In this document: one piece after another, positions 16,574-25,269 of the stretch
Layout: each line of letters begins with the position of its first letter
Numbering within the stretch: the first letter of the stretch is position 1
DNA from: Candidatus Latescibacterota bacterium
GTDB taxonomy: Bacteria > Latescibacterota > UBA2968
Length of the DNA stretch: 35,619 nucleotides
Direction of reading: 5' to 3'
NCBI GenBank assembly: GCA_038279365.1
Contig: JAYODI010000003.1
Location: 2,404-38,022 of the forward strand
Notes under the pieces: model-generated
Database searches by the model: none
Seen by the model: only the letters and a program-made list of their open reading frames with translations
Told to the model about the DNA's origin: nothing
Translations under genes and position numbers: made by a program

Positions 16574-18945
16574 TCGGAGATCTTTTTTTGAGAAATTTGC
16601 ATCAGACTTGTTTCAAGTTCTTTGAGTGCCAATAGAAAGTCACCAAACTTTTTTTCTGCCTGATCTAAGGCTTTTTTTCGACCCATCTCCTCTAATTCTA
16701 AAGCGAATTCTTGTGCCTGATTGGCTCCGAAATTGGCCACGCTGCCTTTGATTGCATGTGCGGAAATTTCCAAATTTTTTGCATCTTTATTTTTGATGGC
16801 CTGTTCTATTTGCTCTATTTGTGTGGGCAGGTTTTCAAGAAAGATACGGATAATTTGTTGTAATAGGTTTAGATCGCCACCAAAGTTTTTGAGAAATAGA
16901 GTCTCTATAGATGATGGAGGCGTATGTGTGGTGGCAGGTTGCAGTGTATGTGGAATATGTGTTTTTATGACTTGCAAAAGTGTATCGATTTGGATGGGTT
17001 TGCTTACATATCCATCCATTCCGGCTTGTAAGCACCGATCTTTATCGCCAGACATGGCATGCGCTGTTAGGGCAATGATGGGAATGTGTTGGTGGGTCTG
17101 TGCTTCGCGCTTGCGAATTTCACGGGTGGTTTCCAGACCATCCATGATGGGCATTTGTACGTCCATAAGTATAAGGTCAAACTTATTATCTGTAAAGCAT
17201 TTAAGTGCTTCTTGGCCGTTTTGGGCAACCATGATTGTGTGCCCTTTTTGGCTAAGCAATTGTATGGTCAGTGTTTGATTGACGGGGTTGTCTTCTACCA
17301 ATAAAATATTTAATGCAGGTATATCTGTATATTGGGTCGGGGGCGATGAGGTGCGCAGAGGAACTGGGGCCGAGTGGGAGAGAGGTATAGATAAATAAAA
17401 TGTGCTGCCTTTGCCCAACTCGCTTTCGACTTTTAAGGTTCCTTTCATAAGGGTTGTGAGTGCTTGGGTAATGGCCAAACCCAAGCCTGTGCCTCCATAT
17501 TTTCGCGTTGTTGAACCATCTACTTGGGTAAATGCTTGAAATATATCTGATAACTTGTTTTGTGGAATGCCAATGCCCGTGTCTGAAATTGCAAAACAAA
17601 TGGTCTGGGTTGTTTGATCTTCTGTGGTTACGGTGATTTGGATAGCCCCTTTTTCGGTAAACTTGATGGCGTTTCCCAACAAATTAATTAAAATTTGCCG
17701 AAGTCGGTGGGGGTCTCCATATACGAAGTCTGGCAAGTTGTCATCTAATGAATGGGAAAATGACAACCCTTTTTGTCGTGCGCGAATGGCCATAAATTTG
17801 ATGACTTTTTCGAGATGCTCTCGCAATGCAAAGGTGGTCGGGTCTAACGTCAGTTTGGCCGCTTCTACTTTTGAAAAATCGAGAATGTCGTTGATCAGTC
17901 TTAACAAAGAATGGGCCGAGTCACTGACCAATTTGAGATTTTCTATTTGATCTGGATCTGCGAGGGATTCTAAAACCAAATCGGTCATGCCTATAATGCC
18001 GTTCATGGGAGTGCGAATTTCATGACTGATATTGGCCAAAAACTCGCTTTTGGCTTGGTTTGCGGCTTGTGCGGCTTGCGCGGCTTGGAGAAGGTTTTTA
18101 TATAGGCGTGCATTTTCAAGAGCAATGACCACTTGGTCGAGCAATGGCCCTAATTTGTTTATGCGTTGAAGAGTATTTTCTTTTTCTTGTAAGGTGCTGC
18201 CGGTAGCCAATACGGCGATGGTGTGATCATTGTATTTTACAGGAATAAAATAAGCGGCTTTGCCTTGTCTCTTGGTGGGTGAATCTACTGTGGTATCAAA
18301 GCGGTTGTCCCATTCTTCAATCACTTGCATCTCACCTGTGCGGGCTACTACGGCTGTGATGTTGTCATCGGTGAGGTCGTAGGTGATACCAATAACATCT
18401 GATTTGAATTTAATTTTTCCATTTTCGTCAATGTCTTCTCTGTTAACGGAGCGCGCGACTTCAACTGTTTTTGTGGTGTGATCTACAAGGGCAACCATGA
18501 GACTCCGAAAAATGCCTGCTTGAATGACTTCTACAACAAGGGCATCTAAAACTTTTTCACGATCTAAAGATGCCATCATGGCTTGGCTGATGTGATTGTA
18601 GGCCGATAAGAGCCGATTTTTTTCTTCGAGCTCAATATAGGCAAGTGTGGTTTCTTGTGTTTGTACCTGGATTTTTTGTTCGAGTAGATTGTTGAGACGT
18701 TCTACTTGATCTTGGCGTTGTCCTGCAAATCGGGCAATAATACCTAATATGCCTGGTGCTAAGTTTATAATCCAATGCAGAGGCTGTTGGGTTTGTACAA
18801 ATACAATATGAGGTATCGATATGCTGAGATTGTGTAAATATAAATCCATACTGGTTGCTACAATTGGAAAAAGCAGACCAAATAACAGACCAGTTATGAG
18901 GTAGTTTTGGGCATTTTTAGTGGAATTGTGAGATGCGTTGGGCAT
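16570..18945 (-). CDS. Hybrid sensor histidine kinase (2 TM - GAF - HisKA - HATPase - REC - HPt)
   Basis: [46 protein letters not shown], HPt AHAIKGS. Confidence 0.95.
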   Translation of the reverse strand: MPNASHNSTKNAQNYLITGLLFGLLFPIVATSMDLYLHNLSISIPHIVFVQTQQPLHWIINLAPGILGIIARFAGQRQDQVERLNNLLEQKIQVQTQETTLAYIELEEKNRLLSAYNHISQAMMASLDREKVLDALVVEVIQAGIFRSLMVALVDHTTKTVEVARSVNREDIDENGKIKFKSDVIGITYDLTDDNITAVVARTGEMQVIEEWDNRFDTTVDSPTKRQGKAAYFIPVKYNDHTIAVLATGSTLQEKENTLQRINKLGPLLDQVVIALENARLYKNLLQAAQAAQAANQAKSEFLANISHEIRTPMNGIIGMTDLVLESLADPDQIENLKLVSDSAHSLLRLINDILDFSKVEAAKLTLDPTTFALREHLEKVIKFMAIRARQKGLSFSHSLDDNLPDFVYGDPHRLRQILINLLGNAIKFTEKGAIQITVTTEDQTTQTICFAISDTGIGIPQNKLSDIFQAFTQVDGSTTRKYGGTGLGLAITQALTTLMKGTLKVESELGKGSTFYLSIPLSHSAPVPLRTSSPPTQYTDIPALNILLVEDNPVNQTLTIQLLSQKGHTIMVAQNGQEALKCFTDNKFDLILMDVQMPIMDGLETTREIRKREAQTHQHIPIIALTAHAMSGDKDRCLQAGMDGYVSKPIQIDTLLQVIKTHIPHTLQPATTHTPPSSIETLFLKNFGGDLNLLQQIIRIFLENLPTQIEQIEQAIKNKDAKNLEISAHAIKGSVANFGANQAQEFALELEEMGRKKALDQAEKKFGDFLLALKELETSLMQISQKKISE

Positions 18946-18972
18946 ATTTTTGCCAGTGGTTAGATGGCCAAA

Positions 18973-20433
18973 TTATAAAAGTTCAATGTCTTCGGCGTTG
19001 TTTGGTACTGGAAGCGTGTCGGGCAATGTGGGTTTTGTGGTGCGCCCCCATTGGGTAATGAGTGCCATGTCTTGATTGAGTTGGGCACTTTCTCTTAAAA
19101 CTGTGTTGGGATCCCAACCTTCGTTTAGGCGATGCACGAGGTGATTGCACATGTCTTGGTGGCGCGTGTCTGTGCCCAAGTCGTGTTGTTCAGTAGGATC
19201 ATCTTGGAGGTTGTAGAGTACGGGCGGTGTGTTGTCGTGATAGTTGTAACACTTCCAAGGGCCCGTGCGGATCATGCGCGATGGTACACCTTCATTTTGC
19301 CCCATGTGTTCACTAAACGTTTCGTTGGGATGTGTGGGGTTGTCTTGGCCTTGTAGCGTGGGCCAAAGCGAATGGCCATTGGCATTGGGCAGGGGAGAGC
19401 CGCCGGCCATATCGATGAGTGTGGGGCCTAAGTCCATGAGGTTACAGATGAGATCGCTTTGTGTGTTTTGTGGAATGATGTTGGGTAAACGTGCAATAAT
19501 GGGGACGCTGACAGAGCCTTCATAATAACTGCTTTTCCACCAGCACCCATGTTCACCGGCCATTTCGCCATGGTCAGAGCAATAAATGACGAGTGTGTTT
19601 TGGTCTTGTCCGGTGTCCTGTAAGGTTTGTAAGATGTGCCCAATTTGTTGGTCGAGGTATTCGCACATGCCAAAATAAGCAGCACGGGCTACGCGAATAC
19701 GTTCGTCACTCAGGGGCGGATACAAACCGCGCAGTTGTTTAAATTTGCGAATGGCAGCGGGTTCGTTGGGTGTGTGTGGCGGGATATCTACACGGTCGTA
19801 ATAGTAGTCGAAGAGTTCTTTGTGTGCAAGAAATGGGCAGTGGGGCAGGAGAAAACCTGCAACGGCTGCAAAAGGTCTATCACCTGGGTGTGCGGCTTTT
19901 TGGCGTAAAAATTCACTGGTTTTTTCGGCCACCATTTCGTCAAAGACATGATAAGAACCATATCCTCGCCCTGCAAGCTCCACGGCAATGCGGCTTTGGC
20001 CTGTGGTGGCTGTGGTGATGTTTTTAAAGATGGGGGCACCCTGACGGGGTGCTCCTGGATGTGTGGCACCATATTCGCCTAAGGGGCGATGTTCAAATCC
20101 GTGGCGTTGGTCGTGGCCGTTAAAGTGCATACGACCGATGAGACTGGTTTCATACCCAGCCACCCCCATGGCATGTGCCCAGGTGGGTATGCCCGAATGA
20201 AGGATATGGTTGTTGTACCACACACGGTTTTTGAATGGGGTACGACAGGTCATAAACGACATGCGGCTGGGTACACAAACAGGGGAGGCACAGTAGGCGT
20301 TATTAAATCGCATTCCTTGCTCGGCCAATTGGTCGAGATGGGGGGTGCGCACCAATGGATCACCATATGCACCGATGTGATATTTGCTGTGTTGATCGGA
20401 GATGAGCAGCAGAATGTTGGGGCGATCATTCAT
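18973..20433 (-). CDS. Formylglycine-dependent sulfatase (choline-sulfatase-like)
   Basis: PNILLLISDQH, CVPSR (CxPxR), GRMH, PHCP, SDHGEM, KSSYYEGSVSVP, LYNLQDDPTE. No signal peptide. Confidence 0.93.
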   Translation of the reverse strand: MNDRPNILLLISDQHSKYHIGAYGDPLVRTPHLDQLAEQGMRFNNAYCASPVCVPSRMSFMTCRTPFKNRVWYNNHILHSGIPTWAHAMGVAGYETSLIGRMHFNGHDQRHGFEHRPLGEYGATHPGAPRQGAPIFKNITTATTGQSRIAVELAGRGYGSYHVFDEMVAEKTSEFLRQKAAHPGDRPFAAVAGFLLPHCPFLAHKELFDYYYDRVDIPPHTPNEPAAIRKFKQLRGLYPPLSDERIRVARAAYFGMCEYLDQQIGHILQTLQDTGQDQNTLVIYCSDHGEMAGEHGCWWKSSYYEGSVSVPIIARLPNIIPQNTQSDLICNLMDLGPTLIDMAGGSPLPNANGHSLWPTLQGQDNPTHPNETFSEHMGQNEGVPSRMIRTGPWKCYNYHDNTPPVLYNLQDDPTEQHDLGTDTRHQDMCNHLVHRLNEGWDPNTVLRESAQLNQDMALITQWGRTTKPTLPDTLPVPNNAEDIELL

Positions 20434-20493
20434 AAATGGTGGCCTTGAAATAGGAAAAAGGCGAATGGCAAACGGGTCAATGCATATATTATA

Positions 20494-20811
20494 TTACTGG
20501 ATGGGTGAAAAGGTTGTGGCCGTCATGACTTCGGAGACAACTTTTGAGACAATGGGGCCATTGGCTTCTGTTTTGGCTTTGGCAGAAACCCAATCGGGGT
20601 CGGCACGAAAAGCATCCCATGCACTCTTCATGGCGTCAATGCTGTCGAATTTGCAAATGTAGACAATTTCGTTGACATCGTTTTTTTCCCAAAAGCCAGT
20701 GACTTCGATGTTGTGGCGTTTAAAGATGTCGAAAGTAATGGTTTCAAAGCGGTTGAGGATGTTGGGCATTTTGCCTTCTGGGATGTAATAGGTGCGCAAT
20801 TCAAAGATCAT
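20494..20811 (-). CDS. NIPSNAP family protein
   Basis: FELRTY, RF, GFW, AWDAFRADPDW, FSP. GGAG RBS. Confidence 0.92.
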   Translation of the reverse strand: MIFELRTYYIPEGKMPNILNRFETITFDIFKRHNIEVTGFWEKNDVNEIVYICKFDSIDAMKSAWDAFRADPDWVSAKAKTEANGPIVSKVVSEVMTATTFSPIQ

Positions 20812-20859
20812 TTTTTTCTCCTGTATCTTATACGATTATGAATTTTCTGATTTGGGTGT

Positions 20860-20888
20860 ATAATAATAGACGCAATGCATATAGTCAA
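20860..20888 (-). promoter_or_regulatory. Putative sigma70-type promoter for the NIPSNAP/sulfatase block
   Basis: Minus strand TTGACT-17 bp-TATTAT. Confidence 0.5.
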
Positions 20889-20962
20889 GTTGGGTATTGT
20901 GCTATTTTAAGATGTATGTATATATTGTTTTGGCGATCATTTTCATTTATTGGGAGGTTGAT

Positions 20963-22255
20963 ATGGCATTGATGGGTTCTTTTTTATTGAGCATGGCTTG
21001 GGCTGGGCATCCGGTAAGGTTTGATTTGTTGACGCATGGAGACAAACAATTTGTGGCATTTTACGATGCAGATCGAAAAATGACGGTGGGTATGCGGTCT
21101 TTAGATGCCGATGAATGGACCTTTTTTCAACCCGAAGGCGTATGGTTGGAAAAGCGCGGTCGCTTGTCTTCGGAAATTGCTTGGGACAGTCACAATTCTT
21201 TGGTGATGGCCATTGATGATGATGGATATATTCACTTGTGTGGCAACATGCATGTGGATCCTCTGATTTATTTTCGCACCACAAGGCCTTTGGATGTCAC
21301 CAGTTTTGAACGCGTAGATTATATGGTGGGTACGGAGGAAGATCGGTGTACATATCCTGTGTTTATGCGTGGGGCAAATAACGAATTGATTTTTCGATAC
21401 CGCGATGGCAGCAGTGGCAATGGGGTGGACTATTACAATGTGTATGATACCTCCAAAAAGTCGTGGAAACGGTTGGTGAATGAACCCATTTTGGACGGCA
21501 TGGATTTGATGAATGCCTATGCACGCATGCCAGAAAAAGGGCCCGATGGCTGGTTTCATATGGTGTGGATGTGGCGTGATACCCCCGATTGTGCCACCAA
21601 CCATGATCTGTCGTATGCACGCAGCAAAGATTTGGTGCATTGGGAGACGGGTGAGGAGCGGGCACTGACCTTGCCGATTACGATTAAGAGTGGGGCTGTG
21701 GTAGACCCTGTAGCACCAGGGGGAGGGATGATTAATATGACGCAATCTTTGGGTTTTGATGGTCAAGATCGTCCTGTTATCAGTTATCACAAGCACGATG
21801 AAAAGGGCTATACGCAGGCTTATTGCACACGGTTGGAAAATGGTGACGGCCCACTTCCCCGGGTGCGCCTTGGCCCCTTGGGGGGGGCGTTGGGGGGGGG
21901 GGGGGGGGGGGGGGCACCGAGCCGTGGGGGGGGGATTGGTGTGGCAAAAGATGGCGGTTTAACGCAGAGTTATTGGCACAAGCTACATGGCAAAGGTATT
22001 TGGAAATTGGACCCAGAAACATTGCAGATTGTGGGTACGTATCCCCCTCCTCAAAATGAGATCCCCGATGCGTTGGAACAGGTGACGTCTGATTATGAGG
22101 GCATGACGGTGCGTACGATGTGGGCACGCGGCAAAGGTTCAAACCCCAATGAACGCTATTTGTTGCGATGGGAGACACTGGGGCCTAACCGAGATCGCCC
22201 CCGAGAAGTGGCTCCTCCTCCAAGTGAATTAAGGCTTTATGTTTTGGAACAATAA
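20963..22255 (+). CDS. BNR_4-type beta-propeller protein (family includes polysaccharide lyases; substrate unknown)
   Basis: Start moved to ATG 20963 (GGAGG RBS). WDSHN, GNMH, TYPVF, YRDGSSGNG, WMWRDTPDCATNHDLSYARSKDLVHW. Sequence around 21845-21935 looks corrupted. Confidence 0.8.
   Translation: MALMGSFLLSMAWAGHPVRFDLLTHGDKQFVAFYDADRKMTVGMRSLDADEWTFFQPEGVWLEKRGRLSSEIAWDSHNSLVMAIDDDGYIHLCGNMHVDPLIYFRTTRPLDVTSFERVDYMVGTEEDRCTYPVFMRGANNELIFRYRDGSSGNGVDYYNVYDTSKKSWKRLVNEPILDGMDLMNAYARMPEKGPDGWFHMVWMWRDTPDCATNHDLSYARSKDLVHWETGEERALTLPITIKSGAVVDPVAPGGGMINMTQSLGFDGQDRPVISYHKHDEKGYTQAYCTRLENGDGPLPRVRLGPLGGALGGGGGGGAPSRGGGIGVAKDGGLTQSYWHKLHGKGIWKLDPETLQIVGTYPPPQNEIPDALEQVTSDYEGMTVRTMWARGKGSNPNERYLLRWETLGPNRDRPREVAPPPSELRLYVLEQ
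21880..21934. repeat. Poly-G tracts (G8, G23, G9)
   Basis: G runs at 21880-21887, 21892-21914 and 21926-21934 inside the CDS; the frame stays open. Confidence 0.9.
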
Positions 22256-23647
22256 ATGCAGATATCTGATTTTAATTTTATTGGTTTAGAGTCGCGTTTT
22301 TTGAAAACGGTCATTTTGTTTGCCTTTCTTTTAAGTGGCACGGCAGGCGTACTCATTTTTTTGATTACCGAGGAAATGACAGAATATTTGGAACAGTCTC
22401 TGCTTCAACAGACAGAAGCGCGGGCGTTTCAACTGGCATCTGGGGTTGATGATATTGTTTTGACAAATGGGGTGCGTGATGTGTTGCACCTATTACCAGA
22501 CAAGTTGCAAGCCAACTTAGATGCCATTTATGGCCAAGATGTATCTTATGCGTTTTGTGTTGTACAAGATGTGAATGGAGGGGTTGTTTTTAAGGATTCA
22601 ACGGGCACCTTGCCAGAATTTGTTTATGACACAATGCATTTTCCCATAGATGCATCTGGTCAATATGCACGTGTATTGGAACACACCTTTGAAAGAGAGG
22701 GTGTCGAAAAACGCATCTATGTGGTGGCTGTCAATCTGATGTTTGACTCGCAATTGCTGGGCGTTCTCAAATTGGGTATATCGCCTCAAGAATTGACCCC
22801 ACAGATTGAACACATGGTTAATATGTTGCTCCACAAACATATGCTTGGGGCATTTGTTTTGGCTCTGATTGGGGGGCTTGCGGTGTGGCAAACCGTACGC
22901 TTGATGCGCGAGGCGCGACACTTGGAGGCGCAAGTTAAAAAAACGGATCGGCTTGTTTTTTTAGGTACGATTGCAAGTGAATTGGCGCACGAAATTAGAA
23001 ATCCACTGAGCGCCATTTCTGTGGACAGTGAGCTGCTTATTGAAGTGGCTGAGGAAATGAATGCCGATAATCGGGCTGAAATTGCAAAACTCAGCTTGAA
23101 TATTGGAGATTCGGTTCGATATTTGAATGCCACATTGTCGAGCTTTTTACAATTTGCACGACCGTCATCTCTGTCTCGGGTGCGTGTGAAACCCAAGACA
23201 TTGGTGTTGGAAATGGTGCGATTGATTGGAAGGCAGTGTGCCAGGCAGGGTGTTTTGTTGGAATGGGAAGCTCCTGATGATGTGCCAGAAATAGATGTGG
23301 ATGTGCCTCAAATTAAGCAAGCCTTATTGAATTTGTTGATCAATGCGCAACAAGCGATGCCCGATGGAGGGGTATTGGCGGTACACATTCGTGCGGTGTC
23401 GGATGCCGTATGGGTTGATATTTCGGACACGGGTGACGGCATTCCCGAAGCCGAACAAGAGCGTGTGTTTAATTTTTTTCATTCGAACAAATCGGGCGGG
23501 AGTGGTTTGGGGCTTGCTATTGCACGGCGCATTTTAGAAATGCATGGAGGGCGTTTGGACTTGCATAGCAAAGTAGGTGAGGGGGCAACATTTTCGATGC
23601 GCTTGCCTTTGTCTAATGAAGAAGGGGCAGAAGATGATTCCGAGTGA
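22256..23647 (+). CDS. Membrane sensor histidine kinase (NtrB/ZraS-like)
   Basis: Two TMs flanking an extracytoplasmic domain of about 150 aa; AHEIRNPL, NLLINA, DTGDGI, GSGLGL. ATG directly follows the upstream TAA. Confidence 0.93.
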   Translation: MQISDFNFIGLESRFLKTVILFAFLLSGTAGVLIFLITEEMTEYLEQSLLQQTEARAFQLASGVDDIVLTNGVRDVLHLLPDKLQANLDAIYGQDVSYAFCVVQDVNGGVVFKDSTGTLPEFVYDTMHFPIDASGQYARVLEHTFEREGVEKRIYVVAVNLMFDSQLLGVLKLGISPQELTPQIEHMVNMLLHKHMLGAFVLALIGGLAVWQTVRLMREARHLEAQVKKTDRLVFLGTIASELAHEIRNPLSAISVDSELLIEVAEEMNADNRAEIAKLSLNIGDSVRYLNATLSSFLQFARPSSLSRVRVKPKTLVLEMVRLIGRQCARQGVLLEWEAPDDVPEIDVDVPQIKQALLNLLINAQQAMPDGGVLAVHIRAVSDAVWVDISDTGDGIPEAEQERVFNFFHSNKSGGSGLGLAIARRILEMHGGRLDLHSKVGEGATFSMRLPLSNEEGAEDDSE

Positions 23648-24989
23648 AAAAAACGTACTGGTTATTGATGATGACAAACGAAGCCGTGAAGCACTTGTGC
23701 GCGCACTCTTACGAACGGGATACACTGTTTTTGAAGCCAGCAGTGGCGTTGCAGGATTGACATATTTAGAGAATGAAGACATTCATTTGGTTTTGAGTGA
23801 TTTGCGTATGCCAGGTATGGATGGCATTTCTGTTTTGGAGGCCGTGAAGCGCAATGATGCTAACATACAAGTGATTTTGCTAACTGGGCATGGGTCTATT
23901 GAATCGACGGTTGAGGCTATGCACAAAGGGGCATTTACGTATTTGACCAAGCCTGCCAACCTTTCCGAATTGCGGTTGCAGGTGCAAAGGGCTTTGGAGC
24001 ATCAGCATTTGTCTTTAGAAGTGCAGTCGTTGCGTAAGCTCAAGCAAAAAACCTCACTGGGACGTTTTGTAGGGGATTCTGCGTCTATTCAAGCTGTTTT
24101 TGAAGCGGTGCGCGACGTGGCACCCACACAGGCAACAGTATTGATCGTTGGTGAAAGTGGGTGTGGCAAAGAATTGGTGGCACAAGCCATTCATCAAAAT
24201 AGCCCACGAAAAGAACGGGCATTTGTGCCGGTTAATTGTGCGGCTATTCCTGAGGCACTGTTGGAGAGTGAATTGTTTGGGTATGAACGTGGGGCATTTA
24301 CGGGGGCTGAGCGCCGCCGAGAGGGTTTATTTGAGCAAGCCAATGGGGGCACGTTGTTTTTAGATGAAGTGGGTGACATGCCCCTGACGATACAGGTGAA
24401 ATTGTTGCGCATTTTGGAACAGCGTGTGTTTTTGCGATTGGGCGGTACTTCTGCAGTAGAGACGGATGTGCGCATTTTGGCAGCCACCCATATCGATTTG
24501 GAAAAGGCTGTGGCAGAAGGTCGTTTTCGAGAAGATTTGTATTATCGGCTCAATGTGGTTAAGGTTTTTATTCCTGCTTTGCGTGATCGCAAGCAAGATA
24601 TTCCGTTGATGGTGGAGCAATTTGTCAACGAATTTGCACAGATACACAACAAGGCAATGCCCGAGATCACACAAGAAGCATTGGATGTTTTGGTGGCTTA
24701 TGATTGGCCAGGCAATGTGCGTGAACTGCGCAATTGTTTGGAGAGTTTGATCATTCGGATGAAGACTACAACACTTTCTGTTGATTTGTTGCCTGTACGG
24801 ATAAAGGGTGAGCAAGAAGCGCCAAAACGCGTGGATGTTTTTGTGGGCATGTCTATGGATGAAGTGGAACGGCGCATGATTGAAAATACTTTGTCTGATG
24901 TGCATGGCAATCAAACACGGGCGGCCCGCGTATTGAATATTGGTTTGCGAACACTTCAACGCAAGTTGAAGAAGTATGGTCTTTTATAA
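23634..24989 (+). CDS. Sigma54-dependent response regulator (REC - AAA+ - Fis HTH; NtrC/AtoC/ZraR family)
   Basis: Start moved to ATG 23634. IDDD, DLRMP, GESGCGKE, ESELFG, GAFTGA, LFLDEV, FREDLYYRLN, WPGNVREL, C-terminal HTH. Confidence 0.96.
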   Translation: MIPSEKNVLVIDDDKRSREALVRALLRTGYTVFEASSGVAGLTYLENEDIHLVLSDLRMPGMDGISVLEAVKRNDANIQVILLTGHGSIESTVEAMHKGAFTYLTKPANLSELRLQVQRALEHQHLSLEVQSLRKLKQKTSLGRFVGDSASIQAVFEAVRDVAPTQATVLIVGESGCGKELVAQAIHQNSPRKERAFVPVNCAAIPEALLESELFGYERGAFTGAERRREGLFEQANGGTLFLDEVGDMPLTIQVKLLRILEQRVFLRLGGTSAVETDVRILAATHIDLEKAVAEGRFREDLYYRLNVVKVFIPALRDRKQDIPLMVEQFVNEFAQIHNKAMPEITQEALDVLVAYDWPGNVRELRNCLESLIIRMKTTTLSVDLLPVRIKGEQEAPKRVDVFVGMSMDEVERRMIENTLSDVHGNQTRAARVLNIGLRTLQRKLKKYGLL

Positions 24990-25086
24990 CGCCGAAATGA
25001 CGCAGGTTTTAATGGCGGAAGAAAGAGATTACGCCATTTTGACGTTGTTGGTGAATGGGGTTTTTGTTATGAACGCCACGCTGGCG
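24990..25086 (+). promoter_or_regulatory. Three putative enhancer (UAS) palindromes CGCCR-N3-TGRCG
   Basis: CGCCGAAATGACG (24990), CGCCATTTTGACG (25032), CGCCACGCTGGCG (25074), with an exact 42-bp period. Confidence 0.7.
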
Positions 25087-25154
25087 TTTTTGGGTTATTG
25101 TGCGAGGGTTTGTTGTTGTTGATGTGGAATTATTTAAAAAAATAAATCGAATAT

Positions 25155-25167
25155 AAACAATGGTTTG
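25155..25167 (+). promoter_or_regulatory. Putative IHF-like bending site
   Basis: AAACAATGGTTTG has one mismatch to WATCAANNNNTTR, is preceded by an A-tract, and lies between the UAS sites and the -24/-12 element. Confidence 0.45.
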
Positions 25168-25194
25168 GGAATAAAATCTCAGACCATTTTTTTG

Positions 25195-25210
25195 TGGCAT
25201 ACTTTGTGCA
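25195..25210 (+). promoter_or_regulatory. Sigma54 (-24/-12) promoter
   Basis: TGGCATACTTTGTGCA = GG-N10-GC with TGGCA and TGCA, about 60 nt upstream of the ClC start. Confidence 0.8.
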
Positions 25211-25269
25211 ATTGTATGAATTTGTCCGATAGAGTTTTGTTTTTTGGTGATTATCGTAAGGATGTGGAT

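Noticed and set aside
18053-18088. 9-bp tandem repeat (gcggcttgN) in the hybrid kinase
   Set aside because: Encodes the ordinary [13 protein letters not shown] helix preceding the H-box.
21101-21796. 231-aa minus-strand ORF and similar long antisense ORFs (e.g. 28876..29586, 31781..32443)
   Set aside because: Fully antisense to well-supported genes, with no recognisable motifs.
24990-25086. Regularly spaced repeats as a mini-CRISPR array
   Set aside because: The repeats are only 13 bp and degenerate, and there are no cas genes; position and symmetry fit bEBP binding sites.
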